Shown here: positions 20,266 to 31,319 of the stretch, in pieces
Layout of the letters: every line of letters starts with the position of its first letter
Numbering within the stretch: the stretch's first letter is position 1
From: Spirochaetia bacterium
Lineage (GTDB): Bacteria > Spirochaetota > Spirochaetia > CADAEX01
Direction of reading: 5' to 3'
Assembly: GCA_963662795.1 (NCBI GenBank)
Contig: OY759746.1
Location: 3,776,001 to 3,840,000, forward strand
Length of the DNA stretch: 64,000 nucleotides
Translations under genes and position numbers: made by a program
The notes under the pieces: generated by a model
The model's database searches: none
Told to the model about the DNA's origin: nothing
Seen by the model: only the letters and a program-made list of their open reading frames with translations

Positions 20266-20294
20266 AGTCCTTTGAAATTCATTTAAAATATATT

Positions 20295-22559
20295 CTAAAA
20301 ACTGAAACCGAAGTTAAAATAGAAAACAGGATATTTTCTGCTGTCGGCTTTTGAAAGTGATATCTCAACCGGCCCGAAAAAAGTATTGACAAGGGCAAGG
20401 GTGCCGCCATAGCTGTTTATAACTTCCCCGTTTGAACCGTTTTCATCAAAATTAAAGTATAGCCTTCCGTAAAAAGGGGTAAAAATAAAATAATCAAGAA
20501 ACCTTATATTTGCCCCGATTTTTCCTATTGCAAGATTATCCGCAATAATATCTCCAGGCATCAAACCTTCGAAACCGAATATTTCTTTTTCTATTCTGCT
20601 GTTATAGCCTCCGGCCAGAAACCCTATTCCCTTATCGTAATCAGGTATATCTATTCCACAGTAAACAAAAGAAGGAGCCAATGTCAGGAACGGGAATACA
20701 GGTAAATAAAACGCAGACTCTGCTTTTATCTGGTTATAGTTTTCAAAACCAGATTTTTGCGTAACAATCCCGGAGGAAAAGGAATCTTCAGTGAAAATTC
20801 TTTCGGCAGAACTCCATATCCTTATCCCTCTCGAAGGATATACAGATGAATCAAGTGTATCAAGCAGAAAATAGAGCCTCAGTTTGTAGTAGTCAAGCGA
20901 TCCTTCAATATCATAAACAGAAATATCATCCTTATAAGTGATATAATCTTTTTCCCCCGCAATACCGACAAACATGCTGTTAAATATTGTTTTTTCCATA
21001 AACAGGGATGAATCAAAAAAATCTGAATATACTTTACTTTCCTTCTCACCCTTCTCGTCATAGAGATAAAAATCCCTCCTTGAAAACCCAAGACCGACAC
21101 CTGCGTCAATATTGCCGAACCGGTAGACCGGTAGATAATATTTAAAAGTGTATTGAAAATTTTCGCCGAATTTCCCCTTGAGATCAAGTCTTGAATTATC
21201 TATAATAAAATCCTTGTATGCAGTCCCAAGGAAAAGGCTTGCATTATCGTTTGTATTATAGTTAGCTGAAATAAAAAGTTCCTGATCTGCAGCCTCTTCT
21301 GCCAATACAGTAAGGATGTTTTTCCCTTCAACAGAATCAACTGAATAACGTATAAGGTAAAAATCCCTTGTTCCGTACAATCTGCCTATTGCGCTGCTAA
21401 GTTTCTCCGAGGACAGGATGGCCCCTTCCCTGATCCCCATAGTATTTATTATCTTGCTGTCTGATATTTTTTTATTATCCTCAATAATGATTTTATCAAT
21501 AACCATGGATTCATACATCATTGCGTTCCAGGCCGGACTGTGACCTGTAACATCCTTTTCAGTCCTGTCTGATTTTATATTCAGGTTCATTGAAAGCTCT
21601 GCAAAGTAATTTTCTTCAAGAGTGGCAGCTGCTTCTCCTGCTTCGATAATGGCGCTGCTCTCATCAAAATCAAAAACATTGAAATTCTTTAAATCCGGCG
21701 TTATTACTTTATCTGCAAGCTTTCTTTCTTCAAGGGTAGTACCTGAAACAACAAGTCTGGTTACCTGGTCAATAACCTTGGTAAAATTGTTAAGCTCTTC
21801 CTTTTTATAAAGCGGTGTTCCTGCATCAATTGCTATTACAATATCAGCACCCATTGCCCTTATATCGGATACCGGCAGATTTCTGGTAAAACCGCCGTCA
21901 ACAAGGAGCTTTCCATCAATCTCAATTGCGGAAAAGATGGAAGGGATAGCCATGCTGGCTCTTACCGCATCTGCTATACTTCCCTTATCAAGCACAACAG
22001 CTTCTCCGGTCTGAATATCAGTCGCGATACATTTGAAAGGGATCGGCAGTTTTGAAAAATCACGGACATATCTTTGACTCCAGGTGAGTTTTGAAAGCAT
22101 GCTGCATGCATTTTGTCCGTATGAAAGGCCCTCCGGCAGTTTGATCTTTCTTTTTTCAACTTCAAGCCTTATAAAACTTTTTTCGTAAATATCCCTGTCT
22201 CTATGGTTTATGTCCTTCCTGTTGATTCTGTCATATAAAAGGGCATCCCAGTCAATTTCCTTTACTATTGTCTCAATCTCGGAGGCGCTGTATCCGCATG
22301 AATAAAGGATCCCGATTATTGCGCCCATACTGGTTCCGGTTATGTAATCAACAGGAATATTATACTTCTCTATTGCCTTAAGGACACCTATGTGGGCAAT
22401 TCCGCAGGCGCCCCCCCCGCTTAATACAAGTCCGACCGCAGGCCTTGTCTGTGATGCAGATGAAATATCCGGCTGATTATCTGTTCCATAAATATCCGCT
22501 GAAAAAAGTATCAGAAGAAGCAAGGGCAGTGCTTCTTTCCGCAAATAATCATATAACAT
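20295..22559 (-). CDS. Patatin-like phospholipase with POTRA and beta-barrel (PlpD/type Vd-like)
   Basis: Signal peptide, GGGACG, GTSMG and DGG motifs, POTRA-like segment, C-terminal FNFGFSF. Confidence 0.88.
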   Translation of the reverse strand: MLYDYLRKEALPLLLLILFSADIYGTDNQPDISSASQTRPAVGLVLSGGGACGIAHIGVLKAIEKYNIPVDYITGTSMGAIIGILYSCGYSASEIETIVKEIDWDALLYDRINRKDINHRDRDIYEKSFIRLEVEKRKIKLPEGLSYGQNACSMLSKLTWSQRYVRDFSKLPIPFKCIATDIQTGEAVVLDKGSIADAVRASMAIPSIFSAIEIDGKLLVDGGFTRNLPVSDIRAMGADIVIAIDAGTPLYKKEELNNFTKVIDQVTRLVVSGTTLEERKLADKVITPDLKNFNVFDFDESSAIIEAGEAAATLEENYFAELSMNLNIKSDRTEKDVTGHSPAWNAMMYESMVIDKIIIEDNKKISDSKIINTMGIREGAILSSEKLSSAIGRLYGTRDFYLIRYSVDSVEGKNILTVLAEEAADQELFISANYNTNDNASLFLGTAYKDFIIDNSRLDLKGKFGENFQYTFKYYLPVYRFGNIDAGVGLGFSRRDFYLYDEKGEKESKVYSDFFDSSLFMEKTIFNSMFVGIAGEKDYITYKDDISVYDIEGSLDYYKLRLYFLLDTLDSSVYPSRGIRIWSSAERIFTEDSFSSGIVTQKSGFENYNQIKAESAFYLPVFPFLTLAPSFVYCGIDIPDYDKGIGFLAGGYNSRIEKEIFGFEGLMPGDIIADNLAIGKIGANIRFLDYFIFTPFYGRLYFNFDENGSNGEVINSYGGTLALVNTFFGPVEISLSKADSRKYPVFYFNFGFSF

Positions 22560-22752
22560 GATTAGATTATATGCATATTTGGAATTGAACTCAAGACAGG
22601 ACAATCTTTACCGCGGGAATTTGGAATTACTCAATAAAATTATATTGTATATATGCAAATAGATGTTTAAAATATTTATATAAAAATTATTCTTTAAAAA
22701 GTATTATCTGCTGATAATAAAGTATATTGATATTTTTTTAAAACAAGGGGGC

Positions 22753-25700
22753 ATGTTGATTAGGAGTAATCCGTTTATTATCCTGGCCATGGTGTTTTCA
22801 CTTTTTTCAGCTCAGCTCTTTGCAGAAGAAAATGACATTATTACATCAGCTGCGGAAATTAATTATCCCCCGTTCAGCATAACAAACCCGGCAGGAGAGG
22901 CGGACGGGTTTTCAGTAGAACTCCTAAGGGCATCCCTGTCAGCCTTGAACAGGGATGTTTCATTCCGCACCGGAACCTGGGCAGAGGTAAAAAATCTTCT
23001 TGAAAAAGGTGAAATAAAAGCTCTGCCTCTTGTCGGCAGAACTCCTGAAAGGGAGAAAGTTCTTGACTTTACTATTCCATATATGACCCTGCACGGCGCA
23101 ATTGTTGTCCGCGATGAAACTGAAAATATCACTTCATTAAACGACCTTCAAGGAAAAAAAGTAGCAGTAATGAAGATGGATAACACGGAAGAATTTCTGA
23201 AACGGAAAAAACTTGACATAGAGCTTATATCAACCCCGACCTTTGATGATGCGCTTAAAGGGCTATCAAAGGGGGTATATGATGCTGTTGTAATACAGCG
23301 GCTTGTAGCCATACGGCTTATAAAAGAGAATAACCTTACAAACCTCAAAATAATAAAAAATCCGATTATGGAGTTCAATCAGGATTTCTGCTTTGCGGTA
23401 AAGGAAGGGGACAGGGAAACACTCTCTCTGCTGAATGAAGGTCTTTCCATAGTAATCGCTGACGGCACATACAGATACCTCCATTCAAAGTGGTTCGCGT
23501 CGCTTGAAATTCCGGATGACAGAAAAATTGTTATTGGCGGAGACTACAACTTCCCTCCATTTGAATTTCTCGATAAAAACGGCCGTCCCGCGGGATTTAA
23601 TGTCGATATAACCAGAGCAATAGCGGAAGAGACAGGGCTTAATATCGAAATAAAGCTTGCACCCTGGACTGAAATAACAGAGGATCTCAAACAGGGAAGA
23701 ATTGATGTAATTCAGGGGATGTTTTACTCCCCTTTCAGAGATTTAAAATATGACTTCTCGCTGCCTCACTCAAACGTACATCACATCAGTGTTGTACGGA
23801 AAGGAGAAAGTGTTCCTCCCTCAACAATTGGTGAACTTGAAGGTAAAAATATTGCTGTTCAGAACGGCGACATTATGCACGATTTTTTACTCTCACAAGG
23901 ACTCAGGAAAAATATTACGGCATTTGAGACCCCTGAGGATGCATTAAAAGAGCTTTCTCTGGGAAAAGCTGACTGTGCACTTTTAACCAGAGTTACCGCT
24001 ATCTACCTGATAAAGAAAAACGGATGGAGTAATCTTGAGATAGCTAAAAAGCCAATCCTTACTACCGAATACTGCTATGCGACGCTTAAAGGGCACAGAC
24101 CGTTATTGACAGTATTCACAGAAGGGCTTAAAAGCATAGAGGAGAACGGGGAATACCGCCGGATTCATGAAAAATGGATGGGAATTTACAGTGAAGGATC
24201 ACTCCCTTTTTCATTAATCAAGCGCTATGCGGTTATTGTTTTTCTTCCTCTTTTAATAATACTTTTTATATCATTTTTCTGGACATGGTCTCTAAGGCGC
24301 CTTGTTGCCCGGAAAACAGCGGAACTCAGGCAAAGCGAGTCCCAGTTCCGTTCTATTGTTGAGGCAGTTCCGGATTCAGTATTCGTCCATTCCAATTACC
24401 TTTTCAGCTACCTGAATGCCAGCGCATGCAGGCTGTTCGGAATATACTCACCCAAACAGCTCATCGGGAAGCCGGTAATGGATCGTTTTCATCCTTCTAC
24501 TTATGAAATTGCAAAAAAACGGATTAAAGCCATTTATGAGCAGAAAGAATATATGCCTCTCCTTGAGCAGAAATACCTGCGGACAGACGGAAGTGAAGTT
24601 CCTGTTGAAGTATCAGCAGTTCCCATAATCTACGAAGGGAAGGAAAGCGCTCTGGTTTTTGTAAGGGACATAACCAGCCTTAAGGAAATTGAACAGGAAC
24701 AGGCTGTGGCGGCAAAAAAAAGGGAAGCCCTCGAAAGCCAGCTGAGGCAGGCGCAGAAGATTGAATCGGTGGGCCGCCTTGCCGGCGGTGTCGCGCACGA
24801 TTACAACAACATGCTGAGCGTTATAAACGGATATACAGAACTTGCCATGGACAAAGTAGGGCCCTCAGACCCGATATTCGCATATCTTAAGGAAATTTAT
24901 TCAGCAGGGACAAGATCTGCCGATATCACAAAACAGCTGCTGGCTTTCGCACGAAAGCAGACTATAAACCCGAGAGTAATCAATCTTAATATTGCTGTAG
25001 AAAGCATGCTCAATACAATAAGGCGGCTTATCGGTGAGAGTATTGTTCTTGACTGGTATCCTTCATCAGATATATGGATGATTAAAATGGACAGTTCCCA
25101 AATTGACCAGATACTTGTAAACCTGTGCATAAATGCCAGGGATGCAATAACTGATATTGGCAGAATTACAATAGAAACCAGTAATATAGTTATTGATGAT
25201 GAGTACTGCGCTGACCACAGGGGTTTTATACCCGGAAAGTTTGTACTGCTGACGGTAAGTGACAACGGTAACGGTATGGATAAAAAAACACTGGAATTTA
25301 TTTTTGAGCCCTTTTTTACAACAAAAACTCTGGGACTCGGGACAGGACTTGGCCTTTCAACAGTATACGGTATAGTCAAACAAAACAACGGATTTATAAA
25401 TGTTTACAGTGAATCTGAAAAAGGCTCAACCTTTAAAATTTATATACCCCGGTATACTGACCAGCTTATTAAAAATGAATCTGATGATATTCATGAGGCG
25501 CCAACCGGGACAGGGGAAACTGTGCTCATAGTTGAAGATGAACTCTCAATTCTCAATTTGACCGGCAAAATGATCGAAAAGCTCGGTTATAATGTACTTA
25601 CATCGGCGAGCCCGTACGATGCATTAAAACTTGCGGAAAGCCACAAAGACAGAATAAACCTTCTGATAACTGATGTAGTTATGCCGGAGATGAACGGCAG

Positions 25701-25881
25701 GAATATGGCGGAAAAAATCCAGGAAATTTTCCCTGACATAAAGGTGCTTTATATGTCAGGCTACACTGCGAATGTTATTGCCCACCAGGGAGTCCTTGAG
25801 GAAGGTGTATCGTTTATCCAGAAACCCTTCTCAATAAATGAACTGGGGATCAAGATCATGGAAGCCCTGCAGAAAGATTAA
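22753..25881 (+). CDS. Hybrid sensor histidine kinase (two family-3 solute-binding domains, PAS, HisKA, HATPase, REC)
   Basis: NYPPF/NFPPF repeats, GGVAHDYNN, NLCINARDA, GTGLGL, LLITDVVMP. Confidence 0.93.
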   Translation: MLIRSNPFIILAMVFSLFSAQLFAEENDIITSAAEINYPPFSITNPAGEADGFSVELLRASLSALNRDVSFRTGTWAEVKNLLEKGEIKALPLVGRTPEREKVLDFTIPYMTLHGAIVVRDETENITSLNDLQGKKVAVMKMDNTEEFLKRKKLDIELISTPTFDDALKGLSKGVYDAVVIQRLVAIRLIKENNLTNLKIIKNPIMEFNQDFCFAVKEGDRETLSLLNEGLSIVIADGTYRYLHSKWFASLEIPDDRKIVIGGDYNFPPFEFLDKNGRPAGFNVDITRAIAEETGLNIEIKLAPWTEITEDLKQGRIDVIQGMFYSPFRDLKYDFSLPHSNVHHISVVRKGESVPPSTIGELEGKNIAVQNGDIMHDFLLSQGLRKNITAFETPEDALKELSLGKADCALLTRVTAIYLIKKNGWSNLEIAKKPILTTEYCYATLKGHRPLLTVFTEGLKSIEENGEYRRIHEKWMGIYSEGSLPFSLIKRYAVIVFLPLLIILFISFFWTWSLRRLVARKTAELRQSESQFRSIVEAVPDSVFVHSNYLFSYLNASACRLFGIYSPKQLIGKPVMDRFHPSTYEIAKKRIKAIYEQKEYMPLLEQKYLRTDGSEVPVEVSAVPIIYEGKESALVFVRDITSLKEIEQEQAVAAKKREALESQLRQAQKIESVGRLAGGVAHDYNNMLSVINGYTELAMDKVGPSDPIFAYLKEIYSAGTRSADITKQLLAFARKQTINPRVINLNIAVESMLNTIRRLIGESIVLDWYPSSDIWMIKMDSSQIDQILVNLCINARDAITDIGRITIETSNIVIDDEYCADHRGFIPGKFVLLTVSDNGNGMDKKTLEFIFEPFFTTKTLGLGTGLGLSTVYGIVKQNNGFINVYSESEKGSTFKIYIPRYTDQLIKNESDDIHEAPTGTGETVLIVEDELSILNLTGKMIEKLGYNVLTSASPYDALKLAESHKDRINLLITDVVMPEMNGRNMAEKIQEIFPDIKVLYMSGYTANVIAHQGVLEEGVSFIQKPFSINELGIKIMEALQKD

Positions 25882-25932
25882 AATTGTAATTTACAACTTA
25901 TACAGAAATACATGTTATAATAACTTACTTAT

Positions 25933-26886
25933 ATGATAAACCTTGTACTTTTGCTGCTCGGATTTATTCCGCTTATTTATGGGGCCGATCTCCTTGTAGA
26001 CAGCGCTTCAGCACTTGCCAAAAAATTGAACATTCCCAACATTGTAATCGGCCTTACTATTATTGCTTTCGGAACTTCCGCTCCTGAACTGGTGGTAAAC
26101 ACCTTCGCATCGATGGCGGGGAATTCAGATATCGTAATCGGAAACATTATAGGCAGCAATATTTTTAATATACTGGGAATTCTTGGAATATCAGCTATTA
26201 TCTATCCGCTTACAGTTAAAACAAACACAACATGGATTGAAATCCCTCTCTGCCTGTTATCGGCAGTAATAGTCTTTTTTGTCGCAAACGACAGAATAAT
26301 TGATAAATCCTCATACTCCCTGATAACAAGAATCGACGGTATTCTGTTGTTGTGTTTTTTTCTTATTTTCCTTAGCTATAATTTTCAGCTTATGAAGTCA
26401 GGCATTCTTGAAGAGAAAATAGCAACAAAAGAATATTCCATACTTAAATCGGTATTTTTAATTTTAGCCGGCATTATACTGCTTGCAGCTGGCGGAAAAA
26501 TTATTGTTGAGTTTGCTGTAAAATTTGCCCGGATTATTGAAATTCCTGAGAGAATAATCGCCCTTACCATAGTATCCATAGGAACGTCCCTGCCCGAACT
26601 TGCAACATCAGCGGTAGCGGCTAAAAAACGGAATGTGGATATCGCAATCGGGAATATTGTCGGATCCAATATTTTTAATGCATTTTTTATTCTGGGTGTT
26701 TCTGCAGTAATAAATCCAGTCCGCCTGCAGAAAATGTCCAATATGGATTTAACAGTTAATATACTCGCAAGTACTTTGCTGTTTATTTTTATATTTACAG
26801 GCAGAGGGCGCAGAATTGAGCGCCTCGAAGGAATAATCTTTACTGTCCTATATCTGATTTATCTGACCGGCCTTTTGCTGCTGTAA
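25933..26886 (+). CDS. Ca2+/Na+ antiporter (YrbG family)
   Basis: Two alpha repeats GTSAPE/GTSLPE and GNIIGSNIFN/GNIVGSNIFN. Confidence 0.93.
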   Translation: MINLVLLLLGFIPLIYGADLLVDSASALAKKLNIPNIVIGLTIIAFGTSAPELVVNTFASMAGNSDIVIGNIIGSNIFNILGILGISAIIYPLTVKTNTTWIEIPLCLLSAVIVFFVANDRIIDKSSYSLITRIDGILLLCFFLIFLSYNFQLMKSGILEEKIATKEYSILKSVFLILAGIILLAAGGKIIVEFAVKFARIIEIPERIIALTIVSIGTSLPELATSAVAAKKRNVDIAIGNIVGSNIFNAFFILGVSAVINPVRLQKMSNMDLTVNILASTLLFIFIFTGRGRRIERLEGIIFTVLYLIYLTGLLLL

Positions 26887-26969
26887 CTGATTATTTTTAA
26901 TCATAAACCAGAATATATATTGAGTGAACAGGATATTTCATATTAAGTTTCGATACTGCTGTAAATGGG

Positions 26970-27785
26970 TTACCGTTTTGCAATACCCTCATTATATATT
27001 TCCTTCGCGATTTTTTCACATCCCGCAGAAGTCAGGTGTATTTCATCTTTCCAGTCATTTTCCTGGATTAAACGCTGTGTCTCGATGACTTTAAAATTGC
27101 CGGAATATTTTTTCTGCAAGTTAATCAGCCCTTTGCCTAGATGTATAAAAATATATTTAAACACGTCTCTTTGAGTCTTCTCATCAGTTATATGTTTTTC
27201 AGCGAAACAGCTTTCAATCCAGCTGCCCCCCACAGGTATGCCGAGCATTCTTGTCCCTTTTTTCAAATATGCCGCGACACCGTAGTTGTGGGTAATTATT
27301 TTTGCTTCACTGTTGATTTTAATCAGTTTAGATATAATTTTCTCATAAAGGGTAATAATTGATTTTATCTTGCTGTTTAATGCTGCTTCATCAACAAACT
27401 GTTCACTGCCCTGACTCCCGTCCTTGATATCATTTTTATCTATAAGCAGCTTTTTAAATTCATTTTTCTCAATTATATCGCTGCCTCCGGCAGAAACAAG
27501 GACAACATCAAATTTCTGTCTCTCATCCCTGTTGTGTTTTTCATATTTTTTTAATAATGCCTCAAGACCTCCCTTGGTTAAAGACTGGGCAGTTTCCTTC
27601 CCTGCCATAGTAAGGCTGTAAATAACTACATCAAAATTACCCGCAATTGATTTTGCAATGCTGAATGAACTGTTTGAACCGGGATTTGACAGCCATGAAT
27701 CCCCAAATGCCAAAATCTTTACAGCTTTTTTGTTACCTAAAACAGCCGTTTCATAATCACCTTCCGACCTGACACTGAGTCCCAT
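26970..27785 (-). CDS. SGNH/GDSL hydrolase family protein
   Basis: FGDSW, SAGGSD, DEIH blocks; GGAGG RBS. Confidence 0.75.
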   Translation of the reverse strand: MGLSVRSEGDYETAVLGNKKAVKILAFGDSWLSNPGSNSSFSIAKSIAGNFDVVIYSLTMAGKETAQSLTKGGLEALLKKYEKHNRDERQKFDVVLVSAGGSDIIEKNEFKKLLIDKNDIKDGSQGSEQFVDEAALNSKIKSIITLYEKIISKLIKINSEAKIITHNYGVAAYLKKGTRMLGIPVGGSWIESCFAEKHITDEKTQRDVFKYIFIHLGKGLINLQKKYSGNFKVIETQRLIQENDWKDEIHLTSAGCEKIAKEIYNEGIAKR

Positions 27786-27990
27786 TGAATTTACCTCCTA
27801 TGATAAATATAAAGATATTATATCACTGCCAATATTGCGCAGCAATCGGCATTTGGAAAAAGAGATTCATTCACATAATCTTCACAATCAAGACAAGAAC
27901 TCTCCTTTTAAAAGTAGTAAATAATTATCTGATGCCGCACAACTGCTTGTATTATAAAAAATGTGGATACCGCTTAAAAAGGAGAAATCA

Positions 27991-29319
27991 ATGAAAATCA
28001 GGAAAGCTCAACTGTCTATGGCAATACTTATCATTCTAACACTGGTTCTTGGTGTTTTTGCATATCCATACGCCAGATCAAAATTATCCATTAAAAAAGA
28101 TAAACAGTCCTATGAGTTTACTGCAATCGAAAAAAGAGATATGGAAAACAGTATTTCAAGTTCCGGAACAATACAGCCTGTAGGAGAAATCAATGTTCTC
28201 GCGCAGATGAGCGGTACGGTTGAAAAGATTTATGCGGGTTTTAATGATAATGTGAAAAAAAATCAGCCCCTTGCGGACCTTAATACCGATATTCTTAAAA
28301 TTCAGGAAAAAGCCGCTGAAGCCTCACTTTTGAAGGCAAAAGCAACATATGAGCATTCACTTCTTGAATACAATAACAGCAAAAAGCTGTTTGAGAACAA
28401 TATGATATCTGATTTCGATTTTCATACCGCGAAGACATCGCTGGAAACAGCAAAAGCGGATGTCATGAACGCGGAAGCGGCAATGCAGGAGATTCAGATA
28501 AAATTAAAACAGTATGCCCTCATAATATCACCGATAGACGGCATTGTATTAAGCAGGAACGTAGAGGCGGGAGATACTGTAGTTGCCGGCGGCAGCAGCA
28601 CAACAACACTATTTACTCTCGCCGAAGGTCTTTCTGTAATGGAAGTTGAAGCTGCGGTTGATGAACTTGACATAAGCAGGATTGAGAAAAATCAGAAAGT
28701 CCGTTTTACAGTCGATGCTTATTCAAAAACAATTTTCTACGGAACAGTCAGCGAAATACGACTGGTACCGGAAACATCAGACAATGTAGTAACCTACACC
28801 GTAATAGTAGAGGCGGATAACAGCGAAGGAAAACTTCTGCCTGGAATGACAGCATCACTTGATTTCATTTCCGATGAAAAGAAGGACGTCCTTGCCGTTA
28901 TGACCCAGGCTTTCCGGTTCAAACCGTCAGAAGAAGAAATCAAAACTGCAAAAAGAAAATTATTTATGGAAAACCTGAAAGGGCTTCCTGAAAAGGAACA
29001 GGCAGACGCAATAGAAACATATGACAAGGCAGTCAAGGCAAAAGCCGGTGCCGCAACAGGCAATACAGGCAGTCTCCTCACCGGGACAATGAGAATACCG
29101 GGCGGTCCGCCTCCCGGGGATAAAAACGGCAGCAACGGAGTTAAAAAAACGGATGGAAGCAATCCTGATATCAAGACTTTGTGGTATCTGGAAGAAGACG
29201 GGTCAATTGCCGCCTTACCTGTAACTGCAGGAATCAGTGATGAAACTTTCACTGAAATACTGGATCCGGATGATTCATTAAATGGAAAACAGATAATTCT
29301 CAGGATAAGGGTGAATTAG
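27991..29319 (+). CDS. MacA-type efflux periplasmic adaptor
   Basis: N-terminal TM, ISSSGTIQP, ISPIDGIVL, VDELDI, LLPGMTA; AAGGAG RBS before 27991. Confidence 0.9.
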   Translation: MKIRKAQLSMAILIILTLVLGVFAYPYARSKLSIKKDKQSYEFTAIEKRDMENSISSSGTIQPVGEINVLAQMSGTVEKIYAGFNDNVKKNQPLADLNTDILKIQEKAAEASLLKAKATYEHSLLEYNNSKKLFENNMISDFDFHTAKTSLETAKADVMNAEAAMQEIQIKLKQYALIISPIDGIVLSRNVEAGDTVVAGGSSTTTLFTLAEGLSVMEVEAAVDELDISRIEKNQKVRFTVDAYSKTIFYGTVSEIRLVPETSDNVVTYTVIVEADNSEGKLLPGMTASLDFISDEKKDVLAVMTQAFRFKPSEEEIKTAKRKLFMENLKGLPEKEQADAIETYDKAVKAKAGAATGNTGSLLTGTMRIPGGPPPGDKNGSNGVKKTDGSNPDIKTLWYLEEDGSIAALPVTAGISDETFTEILDPDDSLNGKQIILRIRVN

Positions 29320-29321
29320 GA

Positions 29322-30092
29322 ATGGCACTGATAGAAATGAACGGAATCAGGCGTTTTTATGTAATGGGCGACATTACTGTCAAAGCAATAAGAAATGCCG
29401 ACCTCTCAGTTGAAAAAGGCGAATTCATCGCAGTCATGGGACCATCCGGTTCGGGGAAATCAACACTTATGAACATACTCGGCTGTCTTGATAAACCGAC
29501 AGACGGCACATATATACTTGACTCAACCGACACATCATCCGCGGGCCAGGATGAATTCGCGGATATCCGCAACCGTAAAATAGGATTTGTATTTCAGGGA
29601 TTTAATCTGCTTGCAAAAACAAGCGCCCTTGAAAATGTGGAGCTTCCGCTCCTTTATAACAGAAGCGGAAACATCCGGGATCCTGCACTTTTAGCCAGAA
29701 AAGCGCTTGAGACGGTAGGGCTCGGCAGCAGGTTAACCCATCTGCCTTCACAGCTCTCGGGAGGCCAGCAGCAGCGGGTTGCAATCGCAAGAGCGCTTGT
29801 GACAGATCCGGTTTTCATACTTGCGGACGAACCTACGGGAAACCTTGACACAGAAACAACGCTTGAAATAATGATGCTTTTTCAGCGGCTGAACAGAAAT
29901 GGAATAACCATCATTATGGTAACACACGAACCCGAGGTAGCCTGCTACGTCAGGAGAATAATAACAATGCGGGACGGAGAAATAGTTGCAGATAAAGCGG
30001 TAGAAGATATCAGGGATGCGGGTAAAGATCTTGAGGACTGGCGAAAGCGGAATAATCATCTCTATATATCTTCCGGGGAGGCGGTAAAGTGA
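29322..30092 (+). CDS. MacB-type ABC transporter ATP-binding subunit
   Basis: [27 protein letters not shown]. Confidence 0.95.
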   Translation: MALIEMNGIRRFYVMGDITVKAIRNADLSVEKGEFIAVMGPSGSGKSTLMNILGCLDKPTDGTYILDSTDTSSAGQDEFADIRNRKIGFVFQGFNLLAKTSALENVELPLLYNRSGNIRDPALLARKALETVGLGSRLTHLPSQLSGGQQQRVAIARALVTDPVFILADEPTGNLDTETTLEIMMLFQRLNRNGITIIMVTHEPEVACYVRRIITMRDGEIVADKAVEDIRDAGKDLEDWRKRNNHLYISSGEAVK

Positions 30093-31282
30093 CTGTAAAA
30101 GGTTTACTTAAATTATCATTCAGAAGTATTTTACGGAACAAGATGAGGAGCCTTTTAACATCTCTCGGGATTATAATCGGCGTTGGTTCAGTCATAATAA
30201 TGGTTGCAGTAGGTGAAGGCTCCCAGCAGCAGATAGAAAAACAAATCCAGTCTTTAGGGTCAAATCTTATTATGGTATTTCCTGAACGGGGACCTGACAA
30301 GGCCAACAGGATGACAACTGCTGACACAAAAAAACTTAGAAACGAAGCCAGTTATCTCAAGGCAGTTTCAGGTACGACCCGAAAAAGCTTTACAGTCATA
30401 GGCGGAAGCGGAGACTGGGAAACAACAGTTTACGGGGTTGAAAGTGATTACCTTGATATAAAACAGAGAACAATAAAGGATGGAAGTTTTTTCTCGGAAA
30501 GGGATATATCATCAAAAAACAAAATTGCGGTCATCGGCGCTACTATTGCGGATAATCTCTTTGAATACAGCAATCCCATCGGGATGCAGATAAGGATCAA
30601 CAAGGTACCTTTTACCATAACAGGTATTCTTGACAGCAAGGGAAATACAGGAACGGGTACGGACCAGGACGATATGATCCTTGTGCCTCTTGACACCGCC
30701 CTTACAAGGCTCCAGAACAGCCGCTACATAGATACTATTGAAATGAGTGTAGTTTCTGAAAATCTTATGGATCAGGCCGAATCTGAAATTGAAGAGATCC
30801 TCAGGGAATCGCACAGGCTCGCAGACAGCCGTGAAAACGATTTCAGGATCATGAACCAGGCGGAAATAATAAGCACTGTTTCTTCTACTGCCAAAACACT
30901 GACTGTTCTGCTTGGTGCGATTGCGGGAGTTTCCCTGATTGTCGGAGGAATCGGAATCATGAACATTATGCTGGTTTCAGTTACTGAAAGGACCAGGGAA
31001 ATAGGAATCAGGATGTCGGTCGGCGCAAGGAAAAAAGACATACTGCTTCAGTTCCTGTCAGAATCTATTATATTGAGCCTGCTTGGAGGTTTCATGGGAA
31101 TTGTATCAGCAGCTGCAATTGCACTTTCCCTTGATAGTTTTTTCAATATTCCAGCAGTCATCAAGCCTGAAATAATATTCCTGTCCGCGGGATTTGCGGC
31201 CGCAGTCGGGATATTTTTCGGATATTATCCCGCAAAAAGCGCATCTAACCTATATCCGATTGATGCGCTGAGACACGAATAG
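30089..31282 (+). CDS. MacB/FtsX-type ABC permease
   Basis: RSLLTSLGIIIGV, GGIGIMNIMLVSVTERTREIG, PIDALRHE. Confidence 0.95.
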   Translation: MTVKGLLKLSFRSILRNKMRSLLTSLGIIIGVGSVIIMVAVGEGSQQQIEKQIQSLGSNLIMVFPERGPDKANRMTTADTKKLRNEASYLKAVSGTTRKSFTVIGGSGDWETTVYGVESDYLDIKQRTIKDGSFFSERDISSKNKIAVIGATIADNLFEYSNPIGMQIRINKVPFTITGILDSKGNTGTGTDQDDMILVPLDTALTRLQNSRYIDTIEMSVVSENLMDQAESEIEEILRESHRLADSRENDFRIMNQAEIISTVSSTAKTLTVLLGAIAGVSLIVGGIGIMNIMLVSVTERTREIGIRMSVGARKKDILLQFLSESIILSLLGGFMGIVSAAAIALSLDSFFNIPAVIKPEIIFLSAGFAAAVGIFFGYYPAKSASNLYPIDALRHE

Positions 31283-31319
31283 TCACTACTAATAAAAGGT
31301 TAACTGTAAAGGAAAAAGC

